Source of the DNA: an uncultured Microbacterium sp.
Lineage (GTDB): Bacteria > Actinomycetota > Actinomycetes > Actinomycetales > Microbacteriaceae
Reading direction: 5' to 3'
Assembly (NCBI RefSeq): GCF_963521645.1
Contig: NZ_CAUQVQ010000001.1
Location: 32,405 to 96,404 of the forward strand
DNA: 64,000 bases
A model generated the notes under the pieces. The model was not told where the DNA came from, searched no databases, and saw only the letters and a program-made list of their open reading frames with translations. This document shows, one piece after another, positions 1 to 8,672 of this stretch; position 1 is the stretch's first letter; each line of letters starts with the position of its first letter. Both the position numbers and the translations under genes were made by a program.

Positions 1-66
1 CTCCGCGTCGATCTCGACGCGGAGCTTATCTTCCAGAGGTCTCGACGATCCGCCGACCTCGGTCAC
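1..66 (-). CDS. rnc: ribonuclease III, N-terminal fragment (gene runs off the left edge)
   Basis: Reverse-strand GTG at 64-66 opens MTEVGGSSRPLEDKLRVEIDAE, which resembles the RNase III N-terminus. It sits directly downstream of rpmF, as in the conserved yceD-rpmF-rnc order. Only 22 codons are visible. Confidence 0.45.
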   Translation of the reverse strand, partial: MTEVGGSSRPLEDKLRVEIDAE

Positions 67-83
67 ACCCGTGTTGTCGCGAC

Positions 84-293
84 TCAGACGTCGGCGACCA
101 TGCGGCCCGTGTACTCGAGGAACAGCTCGGTGCCCTGCGAGTCCGTGACGACCTTGGCCTGGTGCGGACGGCTGTAGACGACCTTGCCGTTCTCGATGGT
201 CTTGACGAGCGCGGGGGCTTCGGCCTTCCACTGCGCGCGGCGCGAGCGGGTGTTCGAACGGGAGACCTTGCGCTTCGGGGGGTTACCAGCCAT
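84..293 (-). CDS. rpmF: 50S ribosomal protein bL32
   Basis: The internal ATG (291-293) of track ORF 84..464 gives 69 aa starting MAGNPPKRKVSRSNTRSRRAQWKA, the canonical L32 N-terminus. The upstream 57 codons of the track ORF are R/P-rich and overlap yceD. Confidence 0.9.
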   Translation of the reverse strand: MAGNPPKRKVSRSNTRSRRAQWKAEAPALVKTIENGKVVYSRPHQAKVVTDSQGTELFLEYTGRMVADV

Positions 294-295
294 GA

Positions 296-856
296 CTAGC
301 TCTCTTCTTTCTCGGCGGCGCGGCTCTCTGCCTTGCCGTCTTGGTCTGTGATCTGCTGGAGCGCACTCCACCGAGGATCGATGGGAGCGGCCTGCTCCGT
401 TCCGGTGCTCTCGGTCAGCCGTTCGCCTGTAACCGGGTCGAGCCCGAGGCAATCCGGCTGACACACCGGCTGAAATGGAAGCGCCAATACGGCCGCATCC
501 CTGACAAGAGTTTCAAGATCCACGTGGTCGTCTTGAACCTCGAAGTCAGTTTCTTCCTCACCAGGATACGCGAAAAGCTCCTGGAACTCGACTTCGACGG
601 GCCGAGCGATGTCTATGAGGCATCTTCCGCATACACCGGAGTACACGGCGTCGACGTTTCCCGACACGAGAATGCCCTCGTGCACGGACTCGAGCCGCAC
701 ATCGAGGTCGAGCTCGGAACCGGCCTCATACGAGACGATCCCCTCGCCCCACGCCTCGGGCAGCGTCACCGTGAAGTCGTGTTCGCGCATCTCTCCCGGT
801 TTGCGGACGATGTCGCGGACAGGGAGGACGAAGGGGCCATTGAGTCGGGAACGCAC
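296..856 (-). CDS. YceD/DUF177 family protein
   Basis: 186 aa acidic protein with the CGRC ... CxPDC cysteine pattern typical of DUF177. Its stop lies 2 nt before the rpmF start, the conserved pairing. Confidence 0.85.
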   Translation of the reverse strand: MRSRLNGPFVLPVRDIVRKPGEMREHDFTVTLPEAWGEGIVSYEAGSELDLDVRLESVHEGILVSGNVDAVYSGVCGRCLIDIARPVEVEFQELFAYPGEEETDFEVQDDHVDLETLVRDAAVLALPFQPVCQPDCLGLDPVTGERLTESTGTEQAAPIDPRWSALQQITDQDGKAESRAAEKEES

Positions 857-925
857 CTGGCAATGGTATCGGCTCTCCCACCTCCGGGGCTGGTTCCCCG
901 CTGAGCGCCGCCGTCGGGCGGGCGC

Positions 926-1423
926 TCAGATGCCGCGAGATCCCGTGTCGAGGAACGCTGCCACCGCGCGCGGCACGAACGGCGCGATATCGCCGCCCAG
1001 ACCCGCGACCTGGCGCACCAGGGAGCTCGACACGAGCGCATGCGCAGGGTCGGGCAAGAGGAAGACCGTCTCGATGTCCGCGAGGTGACGGTTCACGATG
1101 GCCATCGGCGATTCGTACGCGACATCGATCTGCGACCGGATGCCCTTGACCAGGACTCCCGCGCCGACGTCGCGCGCGTAATCGACCAGTAGCCCCACGC
1201 TCCACGACCCGACCACGACGTTGCCGTCCATGCCCTCTTCGGCGATCGACTGTTCGAGCAGCGACATGCGCTGCGAGATCGGCAGCATCGCCTCTTTGCC
1301 GGGATTGTGCACGACCAGCACGTGAAGCTCGTCGTACAGCCTGGCCGCGCGACGGATCACATCGAGGTGACCCAGGGTCGGCGGATCGAACGAACCCGGG
1401 ACGACGGCGATCCGACTGCTCAT
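926..1423 (-). CDS. coaD: phosphopantetheine adenylyltransferase
   Basis: 165 aa with [20 protein letters not shown] (nucleotidyltransferase HxGH-type motif). Length and context are typical of CoaD. Confidence 0.95.
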   Translation of the reverse strand: MSSRIAVVPGSFDPPTLGHLDVIRRAARLYDELHVLVVHNPGKEAMLPISQRMSLLEQSIAEEGMDGNVVVGSWSVGLLVDYARDVGAGVLVKGIRSQIDVAYESPMAIVNRHLADIETVFLLPDPAHALVSSSLVRQVAGLGGDIAPFVPRAVAAFLDTGSRGI

Positions 1424-1453
1424 GCGAACAGCCTAAAGCACACGCGCGGCAGC

Positions 1454-3643
1454 TCAGTTCTTGGCCAGCGCGGCGCGGTCCTCGTCACTGACCCGTCGCG
1501 CGATCGCAGACCTCAGGCCCTCGTTGGCCTCGAGATCAGGGTCCTCGTCCAGAATGTGCTCCGCGAGCTCACGTGCGCGGACGATCAGCCTCGAGTCCTT
1601 GACCACCCGGAGCAGCTTGAGCGACGATCGCACTCCCGCCTGCGCGGCACCGAGCACATCGCCCTCTCCGCGCAGCTCGAGGTCGACCTCCGCGAGTGCG
1701 AATCCGTCGAGAGTGGAGGCGACCGCGTCGACTCGCTCGCGAGCGATCGAGCCCTCTTCCGCCTCGGTCACCAGCAGACAGAGCCCCGGCACGCCACCTC
1801 GACCGACCCGCCCGCGCAGCTGGTGCAGCTGCGACACACCGAACCTGTCGGCGTCGAGGACGATCATGGTCGACGCGTTCGGAACGTCGACGCCGACCTC
1901 GATCACCGTCGTGGCCAGCAGCAGATCGATCTCGCCGCGCGCGAACGCCTGCATGACCGCGTCCTTCTCCTCCGAGGGCATCTTCCCGTGCAGGACCGCG
2001 CGTCGCAGCCCGCCCAGAGTCGGATGCGTCGCGAGAGCCTCGTCGAGCTGCACGACCCCCCATCGCGGACCCGACGCTCCGTCCGTCGAGCCCGCGTCCG
2101 ACGGCGGCACCGGCTGCTCGCCCGCCTCCGCGGTCTTCTTGGTCGTGTCGATCGCCGCGCAGACCGAGAAGACCTGTCGCCCCTGAGCGATCTCCTCTGC
2201 CGCGCGCTCCCAGACTCGGTTGAACCAGCCCGGATGCTCGGCGAGCGGCGCGACGAACGTCTCTATCCCCGCTCGCCCCTTCGGCATGGTGCGGATCACG
2301 GAGGTGTCGAGATCGCCGAACACCGTCATCGCCACGGTTCGCGGGATCGGTGTCGCGGTCAGCACCAGCGCGTGCGGACTCGAGCCCTTGGCGCGCAGCG
2401 CCTCGCGCTGCTCCACGCCGAAACGGTGCTGTTCATCGACGACCACGAGGCCCAGATCGGCGAACGTGGTCTTCTCCCCCAGGAGCGCATGCGTGCCCAC
2501 CACGATGAGCGCCTGCCCCGAAGCCACGCGGAGCGCGGCCTTCCGACGGTCGGCCGCGGGCATCTGTCCCGTCAGGAGGGTCGGCATCACCAGAGGCGCG
2601 AGCTGGGGTCCGAGCATCTTCGTGATCGAGCGGAGGTGCTGACCCGCGAGGACCTCCGTCGGGGCGATCAACGCGGACTGCCCGCCCGACTCCGCCACCT
2701 GCAGCATCGCACGCAGCGCCACCAGGGTCTTGCCGGAGCCGACCTCACCCTGGACCAGGCGATTCATCGGCCATGACCCGATCAGGTCGGTCGCGACCTG
2801 CTCTCCGACCGTCTGCTGATCGGGGGTCAGCGTGTACGGCAGCGTGGCGTCGAATCGCTCGAGGAGTCCGCCGGGCTTCGCGGGGCGGACCGTCGCCGTG
2901 AGCGACCGCACAGCGGCACGCTGCTGGAGCAGCGCCGTCTGCAGGGTCAGCGCCTCGTGCATGCGGAGAGTCCGCACCGCGGGGTCGATGTCGTTGCGCG
3001 TCTTCGGGCGATGTATCTGCTCGAGAGCCTCCCGCGCCGTGAGGAGTTCTTCCCGTGCACGCACCTCGGCCGCGAGCGGCTCCGGCACGTCCTCGACGGC
3101 GTCCAGCACGCGCGCGACGAACTTCGCGATCTGCCAGGTCTGCAGACTCGCGGTCGCGGGATAGATCGGGATCAGCACCGCGGCCCGGGCATCCGCCCGT
3201 CGCCGGGCTGCATCCTCGTCGTCGAACAACTCGTACTCGGGATGCGCGAACTGCGTGACGCCGTTGAACTCGCCCACCTTGCCGGAGAAGACCCCCCGCC
3301 GCCCGACTGCGAGGTCCTCGGAGCGCCACTTCGCGGCCCCCAGGTTCTTCGCGAAGAACGTCAGCGACATCTTCCCGATGCCGTCGCCGATCACCACGTC
3401 GACCATCGCTCCGCGTCTGTTCCTCATCGCGCGCGCGCTGGATGACAGGACCTCGGCGACGATCGTGACCGTCTCGCCGAGCGGCAGCTCGCGAATCGGG
3501 GTGAGTTCGCCGGGATCGGCGTAGCGCCGCGGATAGTGCGAGAGCAGATCGCCGACCGATTTCATCCCGAACGCCCGATCGAGGGTCTTCGCCGGGGTCG
3601 CTCCGAGCGCCTCCTCCAGGGACGATTCGAGCGTGAGCGCCAT
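1454..3643 (-). CDS. recG: ATP-dependent DNA helicase RecG
   Basis: 729 aa with Walker A GEVGSGKT, a VVDEQHRFG box, an SF2 helicase C-terminal domain and an N-terminal wedge-like region. Confidence 0.95.
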   Translation of the reverse strand: MALTLESSLEEALGATPAKTLDRAFGMKSVGDLLSHYPRRYADPGELTPIRELPLGETVTIVAEVLSSSARAMRNRRGAMVDVVIGDGIGKMSLTFFAKNLGAAKWRSEDLAVGRRGVFSGKVGEFNGVTQFAHPEYELFDDEDAARRRADARAAVLIPIYPATASLQTWQIAKFVARVLDAVEDVPEPLAAEVRAREELLTAREALEQIHRPKTRNDIDPAVRTLRMHEALTLQTALLQQRAAVRSLTATVRPAKPGGLLERFDATLPYTLTPDQQTVGEQVATDLIGSWPMNRLVQGEVGSGKTLVALRAMLQVAESGGQSALIAPTEVLAGQHLRSITKMLGPQLAPLVMPTLLTGQMPAADRRKAALRVASGQALIVVGTHALLGEKTTFADLGLVVVDEQHRFGVEQREALRAKGSSPHALVLTATPIPRTVAMTVFGDLDTSVIRTMPKGRAGIETFVAPLAEHPGWFNRVWERAAEEIAQGRQVFSVCAAIDTTKKTAEAGEQPVPPSDAGSTDGASGPRWGVVQLDEALATHPTLGGLRRAVLHGKMPSEEKDAVMQAFARGEIDLLLATTVIEVGVDVPNASTMIVLDADRFGVSQLHQLRGRVGRGGVPGLCLLVTEAEEGSIARERVDAVASTLDGFALAEVDLELRGEGDVLGAAQAGVRSSLKLLRVVKDSRLIVRARELAEHILDEDPDLEANEGLRSAIARRVSDEDRAALAKN

Positions 3644-3704
3644 GCTCCGAGTCTAGAAGGCGGCGCCGACAACCGAGGTGCCGTCACTGTCGTATCGTGA
3701 ACGG

Positions 3705-4298
3705 GTGACGAGGATCATCGCCGGCACGGCACGAGGAGCCCGCTTGGGCGTCCCCCCTGCGGGAACCAGACCCACGAGCGACAGGGTCAGGGAGTCGCTC
3801 TTCGGCGCCCTCGATTCCGTCGACGCCTTCGACGGCGCGCGGGTGCTCGACCTCTACGCAGGATCCGGGGCGCTGGGTCTCGAATCGCTGAGCCGCGGCG
3901 CGGCCTCGGCCGACCTCGTCGAGCAGGGGCGGGCCGCCGCCGGCGTGGCGCGCCGCAATGCGGAGATCGTCGCGAAGGCGGGTGGGCTGCCCACCGCGCG
4001 GGTGCATGAGAGCCCCGTGCGGGTGTTCCTCCAGCGCGCCGCGGGCACCTACGACCTGGTGTTCTCCGACCCGCCGTACGACCTCTCGGACGAGGCCATG
4101 ACCGCCGACCTCATGGCGCTCGCGCGCCTGCTGTCGCCGCACGCGCTCGTGATCATCGAACGTGCACGGAGATCGACGCCGCCCGAGCTCTCGGCGGCCG
4201 GGCTCGACCTCGTGCGGGAGAAGTCCTACGGCGACACGACCCTGTGGTGGGCCGAACCCGCGGCGACTCAGCCCGACGCGGAGTCCCAGTCGCGGTAG
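3705..4298 (+). CDS. rsmD: 16S rRNA (guanine966-N2)-methyltransferase RsmD
   Basis: VTRIIAGTARGARL start, a GSGALGLES SAM-binding loop and the DPPY catalytic motif. The track ORF starts at GTG 3678. I prefer GTG 3705 because RsmD proteins normally begin at the RIIxG motif, but the start remains uncertain. Confidence 0.8.
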   Translation: MTRIIAGTARGARLGVPPAGTRPTSDRVRESLFGALDSVDAFDGARVLDLYAGSGALGLESLSRGAASADLVEQGRAAAGVARRNAEIVAKAGGLPTARVHESPVRVFLQRAAGTYDLVFSDPPYDLSDEAMTADLMALARLLSPHALVIIERARRSTPPELSAAGLDLVREKSYGDTTLWWAEPAATQPDAESQSR

Positions 4299-5263
4299 GG
4301 GTCCCACCCCGTGACGTCGACCGCGGCTCCGTCGACCAGGAGGCTCTCCTCGCCCTGTGCCACCACCGAGCCGATGACGCGGAACCCCGGCGGCAGGAGC
4401 GCGGCGGGGAAGGTCGCGAGCAGCGCATGATCCTCTCCCCCGGCCAGAGCACGCTCCGGGTGAGGTCCCAGAGATGCGGCGTCGAGCGAGAGAGTCACCC
4501 CGGATGCCGCCGCCAGGCGGCGGGCATCGAGCGCGAGACCGTCGGAGATGTCCATCATCGCGGTCGCGCCGCTCACCGCCGCCACCGCGCCGAGCCCGAT
4601 CGGAGGTGAGGGACGCAGTTGTGCGGTCACCGCCGCGCTCTCGCCCGAGCCGAGTCGGCGGACGTCGACGGGAACAGGCACATCGTCTTCACGGAATCGC
4701 CCGAAGAGCACAGCGAGTCCGTGGGCGGCATGACCCAGCTCCCCTGCCACCGCGACGACGTCGCCGACGTTCGCTCCAGCCCGCGTGACAGGGGGTCGCC
4801 CCTCGAGGTCGCCCAGGGCGGTCACCGCGACCGTGAGCACATCTGACACCGTGAGATCGCCCCCGACCACGGCGCAGCCGGGAGCCAGGGCCCGGCAGGC
4901 CTCGCGCAGGCCGTCAGCCAGATCTGCGACGAACGACAGGCGCAGGTCGCGAGGCACGGCCAGGGCGACGAGCAGGGCCGTCGGACGAGCACCCATCGCG
5001 GCCACGTCGGCGAGGTTCACCGCCGCGGACTTCCACCCGAGGTCGAACCCGCTCGACCACGCGAGGCGGAAGTCCGGCCCGTGCACGAGAGTGTCGGTCG
5101 TCGCGACCACGCTGCCCGACGGCGCGGCGATGACGGCGGCATCGTCCCCCGGGCCCAGCAGCGTGTGCGATCCGGAAGCGGTCCGGGCGAGGATCGCGCT
5201 CAGGATCTGGCCCTCGGAGAGGTCTCCCAGGCGCGGGTCGTCATCGTCGGGTCGGGAAGGCAT
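4268..5263 (-). CDS. thiL: thiamine-monophosphate kinase
   Basis: 331 aa from ATG 5261-5263 (MPSRPDDDDPRLGDLSEGQILSAI...). AIR-synthase-like domains with the ATTDTLVHGPDF motif. The first 90 codons of track ORF 4268..5533 are R-rich and run across the divergent neighbour. Confidence 0.9.
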   Translation of the reverse strand: MPSRPDDDDPRLGDLSEGQILSAILARTASGSHTLLGPGDDAAVIAAPSGSVVATTDTLVHGPDFRLAWSSGFDLGWKSAAVNLADVAAMGARPTALLVALAVPRDLRLSFVADLADGLREACRALAPGCAVVGGDLTVSDVLTVAVTALGDLEGRPPVTRAGANVGDVVAVAGELGHAAHGLAVLFGRFREDDVPVPVDVRRLGSGESAAVTAQLRPSPPIGLGAVAAVSGATAMMDISDGLALDARRLAAASGVTLSLDAASLGPHPERALAGGEDHALLATFPAALLPPGFRVIGSVVAQGEESLLVDGAAVDVTGWDPYRDWDSASG

Positions 5264-5286
5264 GCTGTCAAAGGTAGCCTGGATGC

Positions 5287-5781
5287 ATGCCCCGATCCCG
5301 CCGTCTCGCTCTCCTCGCCGGCGCAGCGGCACTCGCCTCGGTGCTCGCCGGATGCTCGACCACGATCCACCTCGAGCCCGCCGCGAACGCGAACGATCCC
5401 GCGTGCGCCGAGGTGTCGGTGCTCCTTCCCGATGCCGTCGGCGAGCTGGACCGTGTGTGGACCGACGCGCAGGCGACGGGAGCCTGGGGAGACCCGACCG
5501 TCGTCCTCCGTTGCGGCGTCGAGCCGCCCGCACCCTCCACCGACGTGTGCACGACGATCGGCGGCGTCGACTGGCTCGTGCTCGACCAGGAGGAGGAGCG
5601 GCAGCGGCTCGTGACCTACGGTCGTGATCCCGCGATCGAGGTCATCATCCGTCGCGGAGAGTCGATCGACTTCCGCACCGTGGTCGAGAGTCTCTCGACC
5701 AGCATCCAGTCCGGCCTCGAGCCCTCCACCGCGCGATGCACCGACCGCATCCCGGCAGCCGAGGGCGAGGACGCCGGCTGA
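5287..5781 (+). CDS. DUF3515-like lipoprotein
   Basis: 164 aa with a signal peptide and lipobox LAGC. The sequence and its position divergent from thiL match the actinobacterial DUF3515 family as I remember it. Confidence 0.7.
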   Translation: MPRSRRLALLAGAAALASVLAGCSTTIHLEPAANANDPACAEVSVLLPDAVGELDRVWTDAQATGAWGDPTVVLRCGVEPPAPSTDVCTTIGGVDWLVLDQEEERQRLVTYGRDPAIEVIIRRGESIDFRTVVESLSTSIQSGLEPSTARCTDRIPAAEGEDAG

Positions 5782-5796
5782 CAGCCGTGAGCAGGG

Positions 5797-6879
5797 TCAG
5801 CGACGCAGACCGGCCTCGATCAGCTCCGAGATCAGATCGCCGTAGCTGAGGCCGGAAGCGACCCAGCACTTCGGGAACATCGAGATCGGCGTGAATCCGG
5901 GCATCGTGTTCAGCTCGTTCACGACCAGCTCGCCGGTCGGTGTGAGGAACATGTCCACGCGGGCCAGCCCCCGGCCGTCCACAGCCTCGAACGCTCGGAT
6001 CGCGGCATCCTGGATCGCGGTGATCTCCGACTCGTCGAGCTCGGCGGGGCACACCACATCGACGCCGTCGCCACCCAGGTACTTGCCTTCGAAGTCGTAG
6101 AAACCGCGCGAGGTCAGCACGATCTCTCCCGGCAGCGACGCGCGCACGCCCTCGGCTCCTTCGAGCACCGCGACCTCGATCTCCCGGCCGACGATCCCCG
6201 TCTCGATCAGGACCTTGTCGTCCTCGGCGAAGGCGATCGCGAGGGCGGCATCGAGCTCGCTCGGGCTCTCGACCTTCGAGACCCCGACGCTCGACCCGGC
6301 GCGGGCCGGCTTCACGAAGAGCGGAAGCTCGAGTTCTGCTGCGGCGGCGCGGACCGACTCGGCATCCTGCTGCCAGTGGCGCGCCCGTACCGTGATGCCC
6401 GCTGCGACCGAGATGCCGGCCGCACGCAGGGCGATCTTCATGAAGTGCTTGTCCATGCACAGCGCGGAGTCGAGCACGCCGCCGCCGGCATACGGCACCT
6501 CGAGGGTGTCGAAATACCCCTGGATGGTGCCGTCCTCGCCGTGCGGGCCGTGCAGGATCGGCAGAACGATGTCGATCTCGCCGAGGCCGTCCGTCGTACC
6601 GTCCGGGCGCACCACACGCAGGGTGCGGTCTCCCCCGGGCTCCGGCCACAGCACGCGCGTGCCGTTGTCGGCGACCTCAGGCAGGTGCGCCGCATCCAGC
6701 GGGAACTTGGCGGGGTCGTCGTCCTCGAGGACGAATGCCCCCTCCCGCGTGATCCCGACCGGGATCACGTCGTAGCGGTCGCGATCAATCGCGCCCAGGA
6801 CTCCGCCCGCCGTGGCGGAACTGATCGAATGCTCGCTGGAGCGCCCTCCGAAGAGCACCACCACCGTCTGCTTGTCCAT
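5797..6879 (-). CDS. ddl: D-alanine--D-alanine ligase
   Basis: MDKQTVVVLFGGRSSEHSISSATAG N-terminus and an ATP-grasp body. ATG 6877-6879 is preceded by AGAGGA. The track start GTG 6894 would lie inside that SD. Confidence 0.93.
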   Translation of the reverse strand: MDKQTVVVLFGGRSSEHSISSATAGGVLGAIDRDRYDVIPVGITREGAFVLEDDDPAKFPLDAAHLPEVADNGTRVLWPEPGGDRTLRVVRPDGTTDGLGEIDIVLPILHGPHGEDGTIQGYFDTLEVPYAGGGVLDSALCMDKHFMKIALRAAGISVAAGITVRARHWQQDAESVRAAAAELELPLFVKPARAGSSVGVSKVESPSELDAALAIAFAEDDKVLIETGIVGREIEVAVLEGAEGVRASLPGEIVLTSRGFYDFEGKYLGGDGVDVVCPAELDESEITAIQDAAIRAFEAVDGRGLARVDMFLTPTGELVVNELNTMPGFTPISMFPKCWVASGLSYGDLISELIEAGLRR

Positions 6880-7918
6880 GGTTGGTCCTCTCACCCTGCG
6901 GGGTGTCGTCGTCCGTCGTCAGGTGGGGTGCGATGTCGCGCGGGTTCATCCTGCCGTCGAGCACCATCTTCACCTGCTCGACGATGGGCATGTGCACTTC
7001 GGACTCTCGGGCCAGTTGCAGCACGGGCGCGACGGACGCGAGTCCTTCGGCCGTCTGCTCCATCTGCTTCACGACGTCCTGGAAGCTGTATCCCTGGCCG
7101 AGCAGGCGCCCGGCCGTGTTGTTGCGGCTCAGCGGAGACTGGCAGGTCGCGATGAGGTCTCCCAGCCCCGCGAGTCCCTGCAGCGTCTCGGGATGAGCTC
7201 CGTTGGCGACCGCGAAGTCGGTCATCTCGACGAGTCCTCGCGTGATGATCGACGCCTTGGTGTTCTCGCCGTAACCGACGCCGTCGACGATGCCGATCGC
7301 GACGGCGATGAGGTTCTTCAGCACGCCCCCGAACTCCGTGCCGATCACATCGGTGTTCACGAAGGTGCGGAAGTAGCTGTTGCGCGCCGCCCGCGCGACC
7401 TCCTCCGCCGTCTCCCTGCTGCGCGAGGAGATCACGGCGGCGGTCGGCTGCTCACGGGCGATCTCGAGCGCCAGGTTGGGGCCGGAGGCGACGGCGATGC
7501 GATCGGGGTCGCATCGCAGCTCCTGCTCGATCACCTGGCTCATCCGCAGCCCGGTCGTGCGCTCCACGCCCTTCATGAGGCTGACGATCTTCGCGTCGTT
7601 GTCGGAGAGCAGCGGCCGGAGAGCCTTGAGGTTCTCGCGCAGCGACTGACTAGGAACCGACAGGTAGACCTGGTCGACATCGCGCAGCGCCGTCGACAGC
7701 TCATGCGTCGCCGACATCGTGCGCGGAAGGTTGATACCGGGGAGGTACCGCGAGTTGCGCTTCGCCTCGTCGATCTCGTGTGCGAGCTCGGCTCGGCGAG
7801 CCCACATCGTGACATGGGCTCCGCCGTCGGCGAGGATCTTCCCGAACGTCGTGCCCCAGCTCCCCGCGCCGATGACCGCGACGCGCGGCCCGGCGGGAGC
7901 GTTGCGCTTAGGAGTCAA
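6785..7918 (-). CDS. gpsA: NAD(P)H-dependent glycerol-3-phosphate dehydrogenase
   Basis: 377 aa with a VAVIGAGSWGTTFGKILA Rossmann motif. TTG start is preceded by GAAGGAG. A C-terminal tail of about 40 aa overlaps the ddl start out of frame. Confidence 0.92.
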   Translation of the reverse strand: MTPKRNAPAGPRVAVIGAGSWGTTFGKILADGGAHVTMWARRAELAHEIDEAKRNSRYLPGINLPRTMSATHELSTALRDVDQVYLSVPSQSLRENLKALRPLLSDNDAKIVSLMKGVERTTGLRMSQVIEQELRCDPDRIAVASGPNLALEIAREQPTAAVISSRSRETAEEVARAARNSYFRTFVNTDVIGTEFGGVLKNLIAVAIGIVDGVGYGENTKASIITRGLVEMTDFAVANGAHPETLQGLAGLGDLIATCQSPLSRNNTAGRLLGQGYSFQDVVKQMEQTAEGLASVAPVLQLARESEVHMPIVEQVKMVLDGRMNPRDIAPHLTTDDDTPQGERTNHGQADGGGALRRALQRAFDQFRHGGRSPGRD

Positions 7919-8672
7919 GTCGACCCGTCTCCTTCTGTCCGTGCGCGGAGGGATTCCAGCGTTCCGCGGGAGCCTTCTCGCCGCGCAGATCCTCCAGCAG
8001 AGCGGTGATCGCGTTCATCAGACGGTCGGTGGCTTCGTTCAGAGCCGCCGCCTCGCCCGCGCGTCCTCGCAGGTCGGAGATGTCGACGGGGTCGCCGATC
8101 ACGACGTCCACCGGCTTGCGCAGCGGCCAGAGGCTCAGCCCCTTCTGGTACCGCCCCATGATCTCCTGCGTCCCCCAGTGCGCCATGGGGATCAGCGGGA
8201 TCCCGTCCGCGAGGGCGAGCCGGACGGCTCCGGACTTCCCGCGCATCGGCCACATGTCCGGATCTCGAGTGAGCGTCCCTTCCGGATACACGATCACACC
8301 ACGCCCGTGCTCGACGAGCTCGGCGGACTGCTTGAGCGTCTGCTTCGCCGCCGACGCGGACGAGGATCGCGCGACCGGGATCATCCCTGTGCGGCGCAGG
8401 ATCCCCCCGAGTACGGGGACGGAGAACAGGCTCTCCTTCGCCATGAACCGGGGTGCCCGACCGATCCGCCACACCGCGAGCGCGACCACGAGAGGATCGA
8501 ACTCGGAGTAGTGGTTGGGCGCGAGCACGAAGGCACCTTCACGCGGAAGCTGCTCCCCACCCGTGATGCGGAGCTTCGCGAGCAGTGAGATCAGCGGTAC
8601 GGCGACCGCCGCGACCGGCCAGAATGCGCTCGGTCGCGTGACCTCCGTCGACCGGGAACCCATCGACGTCAC
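7908..8672 (-). CDS. 1-acyl-sn-glycerol-3-phosphate acyltransferase family protein
   Basis: 254 aa with the NHYSEFDP (HX4D) acyltransferase motif and a PEGTLTRD block. GTG start overlaps the murA stop (GTGA). Confidence 0.85.
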   Translation of the reverse strand: MTSMGSRSTEVTRPSAFWPVAAVAVPLISLLAKLRITGGEQLPREGAFVLAPNHYSEFDPLVVALAVWRIGRAPRFMAKESLFSVPVLGGILRRTGMIPVARSSSASAAKQTLKQSAELVEHGRGVIVYPEGTLTRDPDMWPMRGKSGAVRLALADGIPLIPMAHWGTQEIMGRYQKGLSLWPLRKPVDVVIGDPVDISDLRGRAGEAAALNEATDRLMNAITALLEDLRGEKAPAERWNPSAHGQKETGRLDS

